From the NCBI RefSeq assembly GCF_041689975.1, contig NZ_JBDNFF010000075.1, forward strand, positions 585 through 64,584: a DNA stretch of 64,000 nt, in the 5' to 3' direction. Shown here one piece after another: positions 27,283-36,214 of this stretch; position 1 is the stretch's first letter; each line of letters begins with the position of its first letter. The notes under the pieces are model-generated. The model was not told the origin of the DNA, ran no database searches, and worked only from the letters and a program-made list of their open reading frames with translations. The position numbers were made by a program, and so were the translations under genes. This DNA is from Gemmatimonas sp. (GTDB lineage Bacteria > Gemmatimonadota > Gemmatimonadetes > Gemmatimonadales > Gemmatimonadaceae).

Positions 27283-27900
27283 ATGTCAGACCGCCGAACG
27301 CAAATCCTGGACGCAGCCGCGACGTTGATCTCTGAGCGAGGGTTCACCTCGACCTCAGTGGACGACGTCATCAAAGGCGCGAAACTCAGTGGCAAGAGCC
27401 ACTTCTATCACTACTTCAAGTCGAAAGAAGAACTCGGCTATGAGGTGCTGAACCGTCAGTTCGAGCGATTTGCCGAGCGAGGTCTCGCCATTCTGCGCGA
27501 ACCGATGATCGATCCGCTCGAGCGGCTGAATCTGTTTATCGACGCCGTGGTGGCGCTGCAGTCGGAGAGCGGCGGACGTCACGGATCGCCGTTCGGTAAT
27601 CTGGCGGCCGAGCTGGCCGATGCCCATGAGGGATTCCGGGTGCGGATCGAGGCGGTGTTCGAGCGGTGGGCCAGTCAGATCCGCTCGCTGTTGTGGGAAG
27701 CGCGTCCACAGCTGCACGATGATGTCGACGCGGTGCGGTTGTCCCGCTTCATCATCGCGGCGCTGGAAGGGGCGGTGTTGATGACGCGAGTGAAGCGCGA
27801 TCTCTCGGTGCTCGAAGGAATCGCCGCCGATCTGAAGCGGTTCATCGCCATGCATGTGCGCGACGGTGCGGCATTGCAGTTGCACCGGAATCACGAGTAG
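27283..27900 (+). CDS. TetR/AcrR family transcriptional regulator
   Basis: N-terminal HTH: RRTQILDAAATLISERGFTSTSVDDVIKGAKLSGKSHFYHYFKSKEEL. Confidence 0.9.
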   Translation: MSDRRTQILDAAATLISERGFTSTSVDDVIKGAKLSGKSHFYHYFKSKEELGYEVLNRQFERFAERGLAILREPMIDPLERLNLFIDAVVALQSESGGRHGSPFGNLAAELADAHEGFRVRIEAVFERWASQIRSLLWEARPQLHDDVDAVRLSRFIIAALEGAVLMTRVKRDLSVLEGIAADLKRFIAMHVRDGAALQLHRNHE

Positions 27901-28003
27901 GCAGGATCCTTGCTGCACGGCATTGCGGGAAGCATGTGGGTTCCTTCAATGGTAGGACGACGGCGACTGCTGCGCACGGCGCAGATCACGGAGATCAAAG
28001 ATC

Positions 28004-28678
28004 ATGGTTCGCATAGACGACAAGGCAGTGCTGCTGGCGACGGTTCCGCGCGACGCGAGCGACGCCGCCGAACGAAGCGGCGATCGGGTTGCACGCCGGG
28101 CGCAGTTCGAGCGCGAGGCGCTCGTGCATTTGGATGCGCTGTACTCGTTCGCGCTGAAACTGGCTCGCTCACGGGACGACGCCGAGGATTTGGTGTCGGA
28201 CACACTGCTGCGTGCGCTGGAGCGGTGGGAGCAGTACCATCTCGGCACGAACATCCGCGCGTGGCTCTTCACGATCCTGTATCACGTGTTCGTGAGCCGG
28301 AAGCGGCGCATCGATGCGCGTGAAGTACAGCAGCCCGAGGATACGGAGGGTTGGGCGCTGTTCGAAGCGGTGGGTGAGGCCGATCCCGAGGGACGTTTTT
28401 ACGACTCGTTTCTCGACGACGAAATCACGCGGGCGATCCGCTCGCTTCCCGAAGAGTATCGGTCGGCGGTCGTGCTGAGCGATCTGCAGGGACTGCGATA
28501 CGCCGAGATCGCGACGGCGCTGGGCGTGCCCGAGGGCACAGTAAAATCGCGCCTGTTTCGCGGGCGTCGCCTGCTGCAGCGTAAGCTGGCGAACTATGCG
28601 GTGGAGATGGGCTACTTGAAGGAGTCCATCGTGCGTGCGGTGGTGGCGCCCAACGTGATGTCGGTGGTGGGCGCGTAG
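28004..28678 (+). CDS. ECF (sigma-70 family) RNA polymerase sigma factor
   Basis: Region 2 (DAEDLVSDTLLRALERW...AWLFTIL) and region 4 (LPEEYRSAVVLSDLQGLRYAEIATALGVPEGTVKSRLFRGR). Confidence 0.9.
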   Translation: MVRIDDKAVLLATVPRDASDAAERSGDRVARRAQFEREALVHLDALYSFALKLARSRDDAEDLVSDTLLRALERWEQYHLGTNIRAWLFTILYHVFVSRKRRIDAREVQQPEDTEGWALFEAVGEADPEGRFYDSFLDDEITRAIRSLPEEYRSAVVLSDLQGLRYAEIATALGVPEGTVKSRLFRGRRLLQRKLANYAVEMGYLKESIVRAVVAPNVMSVVGA

Positions 28679-28699
28679 GGAGCAGGGAGTAGGGAGTGG
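28669..28699 (+). repeat. G-tract element GGGCGCGTAGGGAGCAGGGAGTAGGGAGTGG spanning the sigma-factor stop codon
   Basis: Four G3 runs (28669-71, 28678-80, 28685-87, 28692-94) with loops of 6, 4 and 4 nt. Contains the TAGGGAG units seen in the other 3' elements. Confidence 0.4.
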
Positions 28700-28702
28700 C
28701 GC

Positions 28703-29362
28703 CTACGCTTCGCGGGCGAGTGAGCCGGCGGCGCCGGCGAGTTCATGCAGGGCGCGTTCCACGGTGCCACTCCACCGCCGCAACTTTTCCCGAACGGCCG
28801 CCAGTTCAGCACGACTGTCGGCCGCGTCGTGTGCGGCATCGTCGTGCAGGGCGCTGAGTTCCATCACGCGCGCTTTCATGACATCGAGGGCACCGGTGAG
28901 TGAGTCACGCTCACGCTCCGCGTCCTCGAGGAGTTCGTGTACGCGGGCGCGCGTCCGCGTGAGCAGGGTGCACATGGCGCGCCACGCATCGCGTTCGAGC
29001 GTGAGCTGTCGGCGCGACGCGGTGTCTTCAGCAAGCCGTTCGCGAAGACGCGCGAGGCGTTGTACCAGCGATCCGTTGCCGTTGATCGCGGTGCCGGGGC
29101 CCAGGACGGCCAGCGCGGCCTGCAGCTCTTTGTCGAGCTCCTGGGCTCGGTACTCGAACTCGTCGCGCGCCGCGCGCGTCTCATCGAGCGCCGCCAGCGC
29201 TTCGTGGAGCGCGCGTAATTCGACGGCGATGCGTCGCACGCCTCGGGCATCGCCCTCGGATACGAGCCACCGCAACGACGCAACGAATCCACGCTCCAGC
29301 GTGAGGTCCGGATCGGACTCAGGGCGCGGGATGGCGTGGAAGGCACGCGGCGTATCGCTCAA
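28703..29362 (-). CDS. Hypothetical coiled-coil protein
   Basis: 219 aa, Ala/Arg/Glu/Leu-rich heptad-like sequence. Its start overlaps the CGNR gene stop by 4 nt (ATGA). Confidence 0.6.
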   Translation of the reverse strand: MSDTPRAFHAIPRPESDPDLTLERGFVASLRWLVSEGDARGVRRIAVELRALHEALAALDETRAARDEFEYRAQELDKELQAALAVLGPGTAINGNGSLVQRLARLRERLAEDTASRRQLTLERDAWRAMCTLLTRTRARVHELLEDAERERDSLTGALDVMKARVMELSALHDDAAHDAADSRAELAAVREKLRRWSGTVERALHELAGAAGSLAREA

Positions 29363-30012
29363 CGACGCGTCACCGAGTTCGCGCGATGACGGGCGGCTTT
29401 GGCGCGATTACCGCATGTCCCCATGTCGCACCAGCGTCGCAGTCCATTCTTAGTGCCGTCGAGAAACACGCGATGGCAGCGCGGATCGGCGCAGCGCCGC
29501 ACGCGCGCCAGCTCTTGGTCGACCAGCGTGTCGGCGGCCGATTCGACGATCGGAATCATGAGGCCGGCGAACGCATCGCCGGTGGGCACGAAAGCACGCG
29601 CGTAGCCGCCGTCGATGCGTGGGTCGAGCCGGCGCGTGCCGGCGCTGCGGCCGAGCACGCGATTGATTTCCACGACGGCGTCGTCACGCACGCGTTCGGT
29701 GACATGTCCTTTTTCGGCGAGCACGCGCATGGCGGCGCGTACCCGTCGAGCGTCGACCAGCGTGGCCGCGGCGGCTGCCGGCTGGAGGACCGCACGGCGG
29801 CGAATGCCGGCGGCGCGTTCATCGTCGACCGCTCCCTGCTGCTGAACCCAGACCAGCAGTGCCTCGAAGTCTCGCAACAAATCGCCCCCGGGCAATTGCG
29901 CGGCGGCGTCGGTGTTGACGAAGTCAAGCCAGAGTCTCGTGCGAGGGGGCACGGTTCCGGGTGGACGATCGCGCGAGTCGGCCCGTCGCGCGTCGGAGAG
30001 GGAGACTGGCAT
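29359..30012 (-). CDS. CGNR zinc-finger (ABATE-domain) putative regulator
   Basis: C-terminal RRCADPRCHRVFLDGTKNGLRRWCDMGTCGNRAKAARHR. Confidence 0.85.
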   Translation of the reverse strand: MPVSLSDARRADSRDRPPGTVPPRTRLWLDFVNTDAAAQLPGGDLLRDFEALLVWVQQQGAVDDERAAGIRRRAVLQPAAAAATLVDARRVRAAMRVLAEKGHVTERVRDDAVVEINRVLGRSAGTRRLDPRIDGGYARAFVPTGDAFAGLMIPIVESAADTLVDQELARVRRCADPRCHRVFLDGTKNGLRRWCDMGTCGNRAKAARHRANSVTRR

Positions 30013-30108
30013 ATCGTGAAGTCAGAAGAGCTAGGTTACTTCGATACGTGGCTGCGAGCAAGCGCCGCGTGCCAACCTCACCCCTTTTCTGCGGCGATTC
30101 GGCCAAAT

Positions 30109-30681
30109 ATGAGCTTCCCCTTTGCGCGCGTCGCCGTCGGTTCCCGCAATCCGGTCAAGCTCGCCGCGGTGCGTGCCGTTCTCGAGCGTGTCCAGCCCGC
30201 GCTGCAGCTGGAGGGCGTCGAGGTCGCGAGCGGCGTGCCCGATCAGCCGATGGGCGACGAGGAGACACAGCGTGGCGCGCGGAATCGGGCGATCGCGGCG
30301 CTCCAGCTCACCGGAGCGGAGCTGGCGGTTGGTTTGGAGGGCGGAGTCGTGGCCTTGGCCGACGGTCGAATGCGCAGCTGTGCGTGGGCCGTGGTGGTCG
30401 ACCGGGATGGTCTGGAAGGGATGGGCGGCTCGTTGTCGATGCCGCTGCCGGACATGGTGTCGGCACGGATCCGCGCCGGGGAAGAGTTGGGGCACGCGAT
30501 GGACGCCGTCGCCAACGCCGTGGGCACCAAGCATGGACGCGGTGCCGTGGGCATCCTCACGGCGGGATTGATCGATCGACAGCGGGCGTACGAGCCGATG
30601 GTCGCCTACGCGTTGGCGCCGTGGTTGGCGCCCGCGTTCTTCTCGCCAACAGATCGCGTCAACGATCAGGACGGTCGGTAA
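30109..30681 (+). CDS. YjjX-like (DUF84) inosine/xanthosine triphosphatase family protein
   Basis: 190 aa from ATG 30109: VAVGSRNPVKLAAVRAV...VASGVPDQPMGDEET...GLEGGV. The ORF-track 5' extension is antisense to the CGNR gene. Confidence 0.75.
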   Translation: MSFPFARVAVGSRNPVKLAAVRAVLERVQPALQLEGVEVASGVPDQPMGDEETQRGARNRAIAALQLTGAELAVGLEGGVVALADGRMRSCAWAVVVDRDGLEGMGGSLSMPLPDMVSARIRAGEELGHAMDAVANAVGTKHGRGAVGILTAGLIDRQRAYEPMVAYALAPWLAPAFFSPTDRVNDQDGR

Positions 30682-31571
30682 ACGAGCACCGGGCTGTGGG
30701 CGTGACGGAGAACTTCGTCGGCCACACTACCAAGCATCATACGCTTGAGTCCGCCGCGTCCGTGCGTCGCGAGCGCGAGCGCGCCAGCCGAAAGCCTGGT
30801 TGCCTCCTCGACGATCGCGCGCGTGACGCTCATGTCGGTGACCGTGTGCACGGTGGTCCCCGCCGGGCACAGCGCCGCGATCCGCACGAGGTAATCACGG
30901 CGTCCGGCCTCCTCGAGTTCGAGCGCGCTGTCGTCGACCAGCAGTGTTTCGGCCCCGAAGGGGGCCATCGGCATCGCGTGCGGCACCGCGACTGAGAGCA
31001 GCGCCATGGTGAGCCCGGTCGCGTGGGCAAACGTCGTCGCGTGCGGGATGATGGCTTCGGCAAACGGGGAGCCGTCGAGCGTGCAAAGCAGGGTGCCGAC
31101 GGGGAGTTCGGGAGGTGCGTCAGTGCCCGCGCCGCGCACCAAGTACACTGGCGCTGTCGCGCGCGTGAGGTACGCGGTGGCCACACTGCCGAGGCGCAGC
31201 GGGGCGAAGCCGCTGCGCCCGTGCGTGGTCATCACGGTCAGGTCGACACCGGCCGATTGCGCATGCTCGACCAGAGCCTCGACGATCGTACCGTCGAGCA
31301 GCACCCCAGACGCTGACACGCCCTGCGCCGTGAGTTCGGCCACGGTGGCGTCGAGTGCGGCCTGATCTTGCATCCGGTGTTCGCGGACCAGTTCCGCGTC
31401 GTACACCGGGATGGCCACCTCACCCGGCACGAACGGGATGTAGGCGCTCGGATCATGGACCAGCGCGAGTTGCAACCTGGCCCCTGTTCGACCTGCCAGC
31501 GCCACGGCGACGGGTATGGCCCGGGCGCTGAGCGCCGAGCCATCGAACGGCACGAGAATGGTCTTGTACAT
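30666..31571 (-). CDS. Universal stress protein, tandem Usp domains
   Basis: MYKTILVPFDGS start. Two ATP-loop motifs: THGRSGFAPLRLGSVA and THGRGGLKRMMLGSVA. Confidence 0.9.
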   Translation of the reverse strand: MYKTILVPFDGSALSARAIPVAVALAGRTGARLQLALVHDPSAYIPFVPGEVAIPVYDAELVREHRMQDQAALDATVAELTAQGVSASGVLLDGTIVEALVEHAQSAGVDLTVMTTHGRSGFAPLRLGSVATAYLTRATAPVYLVRGAGTDAPPELPVGTLLCTLDGSPFAEAIIPHATTFAHATGLTMALLSVAVPHAMPMAPFGAETLLVDDSALELEEAGRRDYLVRIAALCPAGTTVHTVTDMSVTRAIVEEATRLSAGALALATHGRGGLKRMMLGSVADEVLRHAHSPVLVYRPS

Positions 31572-31650
31572 TCCACCATGTTGCGCGCCACGGAGCGATC
31601 CTGCCAGAGGGGATCCCCCGAAAGTTTGTCACCGTTCTGCCACGGGTCAC

Positions 31651-32112
31651 ATGACGGCATCGCGTCCCTTTGTCACACACGAGCGCGTCCGCTGGGCGGA
31701 TGTGGACCTCGTGTCGATCATGCGCTTCAGCGCCTTCACGCGGCTCGTGGAAGTGGCGGAGCAAGAGCTGCTGCGGGCGGCGGGTCTGCCCTACGCGACG
31801 CTGTTCGACCATCCCCGCATCTGGATGCCGCGCCGCCGTCTCGAAATCGACTATTTCGCGCCGGCCCGCATCGACGATGAACTCGCGCTCGTCACGTACG
31901 TGTCGCGCATGGGCGACACCTCGCTCACGATGCAGGTGGACGTCCGTCACGCGACGCGCCATACCCTCATCGCCGCCGCTACGATGGTCGTGGTCTGCGT
32001 CACGGTAGACGGATTTGCCAAGCGCCCGCTGCCGCGCATCGCCCGCGACTCCCTGGCACCGTTCGTGATGACGGTCGAAGAAGCCCGCGCCGGCGCGCCC
32101 GAAACCCGCTAG
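31651..32112 (+). CDS. Acyl-CoA thioesterase, 4HBT/YbgC-like hotdog fold
   Basis: 153 aa from ATG 31651: HERVRWADVDLVSIMRFSAF...EIDYFAPARIDDEL. Confidence 0.8.
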   Translation: MTASRPFVTHERVRWADVDLVSIMRFSAFTRLVEVAEQELLRAAGLPYATLFDHPRIWMPRRRLEIDYFAPARIDDELALVTYVSRMGDTSLTMQVDVRHATRHTLIAAATMVVVCVTVDGFAKRPLPRIARDSLAPFVMTVEEARAGAPETR

Positions 32113-32121
32113 ATTACGGCC

Positions 32122-33357
32122 ATGTCAGACATGACGTACGTACGCAAAGGCTTCGGCCTCAAGGCCGAGGTGCAGGACACCCTCGCGGCCGACTACACCG
32201 GTCAGCTGGTGGATATGCTTCGCGCGAACGATTACACGTTGCACGCGGGTCAGACCACGGTGCGCCTCGCCAAGGAATTCGGTTTTTGTTACGGCGTGGA
32301 GCGCGCCGTGGACTACGCGTATCAGACGCGACGCAAGTTTCCTGAGAAGCAGATCTTCCTGGCGGGTGAAATCATCCACAATCCTCACGTCAACGCGAAG
32401 TTGCGGGAGATGGGCGTCGTGTTTCTCTCGGCCAGCGGAAAAGGGTTCGATTACGCGCTGGTGAAGTCGGCCGATGTCGTGATCCTGCCGGCCTTCGGTG
32501 TCACGATCCAGGACTTCCAGACGCTGCGCGAACTCGGGTGCGTGGTGGTCGACACGACGTGCGGATCGGTGCTGAATGTGTGGAAGCGCGTAGAGGTGTA
32601 TGCGCGCGACGGATTCACTTCCCTGATTCACGGCAAGTTCTACCACGAAGAAACGCGTGCGACGGCTTCGCAGGTGGAGAAGTACTCGGGCGGCCAGTAC
32701 ATCGTGGTGCGTGACATGCTCGAAGCGGATCTCGTGACGGACTATATCGAAGCGAGGGTCGGCAACCCGACGTCGCGGCCGCCACTGACGCGAGCGGAGT
32801 TCCTGGAGAAGTTCGCGAAGGCCGCATCGGATCATTTCGATCCGGATCTGCATCTCGATCGTATCGGCGTGGCCAATCAGACCACGATGCTGGCGCGTGA
32901 ATCGCTGGCCATCGGTGCGGCCGTGGGCGACGCGATGGCGCGGACCTACGGTGATACACATCGCGCGGACCACTTCCGCACGTTCGACACGATCTGCAGC
33001 GCCACGCAGGACCGGCAGGACGCGGTCGTCGAATTGCTGGCGGAGCCGCTCGACCTCATGGTGGTCGTAGGCGGCTACAACTCCAGCAACACGATTTCCT
33101 TGGCGGCGCTGTGTGCCGAGCAGGTGCCGACGTTCCATATCGCCGATCCCGATGAGATCGACGTCGAGGGCAACGCCGTACGCGTCCGTCGCGTGGGGCC
33201 GCATCATCACGAAGACGAAGTGGCCGACTGGCTGCCGACCACGGGTGTGCTGCGTATCGGCATCACGGCTGGCGCCAGCACGCCGAACAACAAGATCGGA
33301 CAGGCGGTGGCGCGCGTGTTCGCCATTCGTGGCGAACACGTCGACACGAGTCTCTGA
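32122..33357 (+). CDS. ispH: 4-hydroxy-3-methylbut-2-enyl diphosphate reductase, long form
   Basis: FGFCYGVERAV, TCGSVLNVW, GGYNSSNT. 411 aa (the extended type). Confidence 0.92.
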   Translation: MSDMTYVRKGFGLKAEVQDTLAADYTGQLVDMLRANDYTLHAGQTTVRLAKEFGFCYGVERAVDYAYQTRRKFPEKQIFLAGEIIHNPHVNAKLREMGVVFLSASGKGFDYALVKSADVVILPAFGVTIQDFQTLRELGCVVVDTTCGSVLNVWKRVEVYARDGFTSLIHGKFYHEETRATASQVEKYSGGQYIVVRDMLEADLVTDYIEARVGNPTSRPPLTRAEFLEKFAKAASDHFDPDLHLDRIGVANQTTMLARESLAIGAAVGDAMARTYGDTHRADHFRTFDTICSATQDRQDAVVELLAEPLDLMVVVGGYNSSNTISLAALCAEQVPTFHIADPDEIDVEGNAVRVRRVGPHHHEDEVADWLPTTGVLRIGITAGASTPNNKIGQAVARVFAIRGEHVDTSL

Positions 33358-33395
33358 GGGCGTCACCCGGTACACTCAGTCGGAGATCGCCACCT

Positions 33396-33814
33396 ATGAA
33401 TGGCACGATGATGGAGTTCCGCGCGAATGGCGGCCCGGCCGCCGGGTGTCGCTCGCTGCCGCCGGCTTCGTGGCGTTGGCGCCCGATCTGTACCGCGACG
33501 AACAAGCGACGACCCCCGATAACGCGCAGCGGTTGCTGATGGCGCTCGACATGTCGCAGACGGCCAGCGTATTGCGCGACGGCGCGGAGTGCCGGCGCGG
33601 ATTCGATGCGGTCGTGGACTTTTACGGCATTTTCAATCCGCACGTGCCCGTCCTGATAGCCGACGTGGCGGCCACCGGCGTGCGCGCCGAGACGTACTTC
33701 TACGACGCCGGCCACGCCTTCTTCAACGACACGTGTGCGGTGGTATACGACCCGGACGCGGCATCGTTGGCGTGGACGCGTGCGCTCGAGTTCCCGCAGC
33801 AGTCGCCGGCGTGA
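33396..33814 (+). pseudogene. Decayed dienelactone-hydrolase-like gene relic
   Basis: ATG 33396 opens MNGTMMEFRANGG... in one frame. DLH-like segments (AAAGFVALAPDLY, AVVDFYG, GVRAETYFYDAGHAFFND, AWTRALEF) are in another frame. Total about 140 codons, with no GxC/SxG nucleophile segment. Confidence 0.5.
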
Positions 33815-33822
33815 TACGCGCC

Positions 33823-35379
33823 ATGCGGTCCGGGCGTCCCGTCCTGCAGGGTGTGCTGCTGGCCGCCACTGTCGCCAGCGCGGCCTGTCGCGTGCCATCG
33901 GCCACCGCCGTGGCACCGGCGCTGCGTGGTTCGACGCAGGTCGTGCGCATGCTGCTCGTGAACGATGTGTATGTCACCGATACGTTGCGTGACGGCCGCG
34001 GTGGACTGGCGCGCGTGGCGGGTTTGCGCGACTCGCTCGAACGGGCGAATGGCGACAGGGTGCTGTTCGTGCTCGCGGGCGACGTGCTGAGTCCGAGCGT
34101 GCTCGGCAAGTGGTACGGCGGTGCGCAGGTGGTCGACGCGTTCAACGCAGCGCGGCTCGACCTCGCGACGATGGGCAATCACGAATTCGATGGATCGCGC
34201 ACGAATCTCGTGGCCCGACTGCGTGAATCGCGTTTTTTGTGGTTGTCCGCGAACTGCGGTGAGGCGAACGGTGTGCCGTTCCCGGGGGTGCGCAGCTGGG
34301 ACACGCTGCGGGTGGACGGCGTGAAAGTCGGCGTTCTCGGAACGACCGTGGTGCGTGAGTACGCCCCCTACGTGTCGTGCCGAGATGCCGATAGCGCGAC
34401 CACGGCCACCGTCGACACACTACTGGGGCAGGGTGCTGAACTGGTCATTGCGCTCACGCACCGATTCCTGCGGGAAGATGAGGCCACCCTCGAGAGGGAG
34501 CCGCGCATTACGGCGATTCTTGGCGGCCACGATCATGACGGACGCCGGGCCGTGCGCGACGGCCGTCTGCTGGTGAAGGCCGCATCGAATTCGCGGACGG
34601 CGATTCTGGTCACGTTCACGCGTGACGGCGCATCGCCGTGGCGTGTGACTGACCGCCGCTTCGACATCGGTCCGGGAATGCGCGATGACCCTGCCACTTT
34701 GGCCGTCGTGCAACGGTGGCGCGACACACTGACGCGGCGCATCGGTCCCGATCGTGTCCTCGGTACGGCACCCGAGCCGATCAACGCGATCGATTCGATC
34801 TCGAAACGCGAAAGCCCATTCGGCAACATGATCGCCGACGCGATGCGCCTGGGCACGAAGGTCGACGTGGCGCTGATCAACTCCGGCGCCCTGCGCTACG
34901 ACGACATGATGCCGGCCGGCCCCATCACGCGGCACATGATCGAGGGCGTTTTTTTGTTCGCCGACGAAACGCGCGTCGTTTCGTTTCGTATGAGTGGAGC
35001 GCGATTGCGCGAACTGCTCGAGGTCAGTGTCGGACGCGACGGTCTTGGCAACGGGCCGTATCTACAGCTCAGCGGCGTGCGCTTTCGTTTCGACGCCACG
35101 CTGCCCAGCGGCGCACGGGTTGTCGGTGATCTTCGGCGCGATGATGGACGTACCATCGGCGCGACGGACACGCTGCAGCTGTCCATGGTGACATATCCGG
35201 CGTGTCGGAGCGGCGACGGGTATCGCATTCCCGAAGCGGCCGACGCCTGCCGTGCGCTCGCCGCTGCGCCCGACTCGCGCCCACGCACGGCCGATCTGGT
35301 ACTGCAACATCTGGAGCGGATGAACGGCCGAATCGTCCCGCCGCCGATCGGCCGGGTGACTCGTCTTGATCAGCGTTGA
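33823..35379 (+). CDS. 5'-nucleotidase / metallophosphoesterase (UshA-like), secreted
   Basis: Signal peptide with AATVASAAC (possible lipobox). NDVY, GDVLSPS, GNHEFD, GGHDHD, and a C-terminal 5'-nucleotidase domain. Confidence 0.85.
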   Translation: MRSGRPVLQGVLLAATVASAACRVPSATAVAPALRGSTQVVRMLLVNDVYVTDTLRDGRGGLARVAGLRDSLERANGDRVLFVLAGDVLSPSVLGKWYGGAQVVDAFNAARLDLATMGNHEFDGSRTNLVARLRESRFLWLSANCGEANGVPFPGVRSWDTLRVDGVKVGVLGTTVVREYAPYVSCRDADSATTATVDTLLGQGAELVIALTHRFLREDEATLEREPRITAILGGHDHDGRRAVRDGRLLVKAASNSRTAILVTFTRDGASPWRVTDRRFDIGPGMRDDPATLAVVQRWRDTLTRRIGPDRVLGTAPEPINAIDSISKRESPFGNMIADAMRLGTKVDVALINSGALRYDDMMPAGPITRHMIEGVFLFADETRVVSFRMSGARLRELLEVSVGRDGLGNGPYLQLSGVRFRFDATLPSGARVVGDLRRDDGRTIGATDTLQLSMVTYPACRSGDGYRIPEAADACRALAAAPDSRPRTADLVLQHLERMNGRIVPPPIGRVTRLDQR

Positions 35380-35419
35380 CCACGGCATGCTCCCGATTCC
35401 CTTCAACAGGCCTACTGCC

Positions 35420-36214
35420 ATGCATGAGCCCATTACCCCGCGCACGGCCGACGCGATCTCGCGTCTGCGCCTCGATGGTAAAGTCGCGATCGTCACCGGA
35501 GGTACCCGCGGCATCGGGCTCGCGATCGCGACCACGCTGGCGCGGGCCGGCGCTCAGGTCGCGGTCTCGAGCCGTAAGGCAGAGCATGTGGACGCGGTCG
35601 TGAAGGTCCTGCGTAATGAAGGGCTGGAGGTCGTGGGGATTCCGGCGAACATGGGGAAGGCAGCCGATGCGTACGAGTTGGCGGCACGCACCGTCGAACA
35701 CTTCGACGGCATCGACATCATCGTCAACAATGCCGCCACGAACCCGATCTTCGGACCACTGCAGCAGGCGACCGACGAGGCGTTCGAGAAAATCTTCTCC
35801 GTGAACGTGAAGGGGCCGCTCGAACTCTGTCGGGCGGCACACACGGTGATGGCGCAGCGCGGCGGCGGCGCCATCGTGAACGTGGCGAGCATCGGCGGTG
35901 TCTCTCCGGAAGCCGGCCTCGGTCTGTACAGTGTGAGCAAAGCCGCACTGGTGTCCCTCACCAAGGTGATGGCGCAGGAGTGGGGTGCCGATGGCATCCG
36001 CGCGAACGTGATCTGTCCGGGTCTCATCAAGACGCGCTTCTCGCAGGCGCTCTGGCAGGACAAGGACATCTCGAATCAGGTGCTCGGTCATCAGCCTATC
36101 CGCCGCATCGGCCAGCCTGATGACGTGGCCGGGCTCGCGCTCTTCCTCGCATCCGATGCGTCGGCGTATTGCACCGGGAGTGTTTACATGGTCGACGGCG
36201 GGTATCTCACATGA
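35420..36214 (+). CDS. Short-chain dehydrogenase/reductase (SDR)
   Basis: TGGTRGIG, NNAA, YSVSK. Confidence 0.88.
   Translation: MHEPITPRTADAISRLRLDGKVAIVTGGTRGIGLAIATTLARAGAQVAVSSRKAEHVDAVVKVLRNEGLEVVGIPANMGKAADAYELAARTVEHFDGIDIIVNNAATNPIFGPLQQATDEAFEKIFSVNVKGPLELCRAAHTVMAQRGGGAIVNVASIGGVSPEAGLGLYSVSKAALVSLTKVMAQEWGADGIRANVICPGLIKTRFSQALWQDKDISNQVLGHQPIRRIGQPDDVAGLALFLASDASAYCTGSVYMVDGGYLT

Noticed and set aside
32125-33375. 416-aa ORF antisense to ispH.
   Set aside because: ispH motifs on the plus strand are unambiguous. The antisense frame is Arg/His-rich with no motifs.
33113-33814. 233-aa ORF overlapping the ispH 3' end, read as an intact gene.
   Set aside because: Its first ~80 codons are simply an alternative frame of ispH. 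Only the downstream part has DLH-like similarity, and that part is interpreted as a relic.
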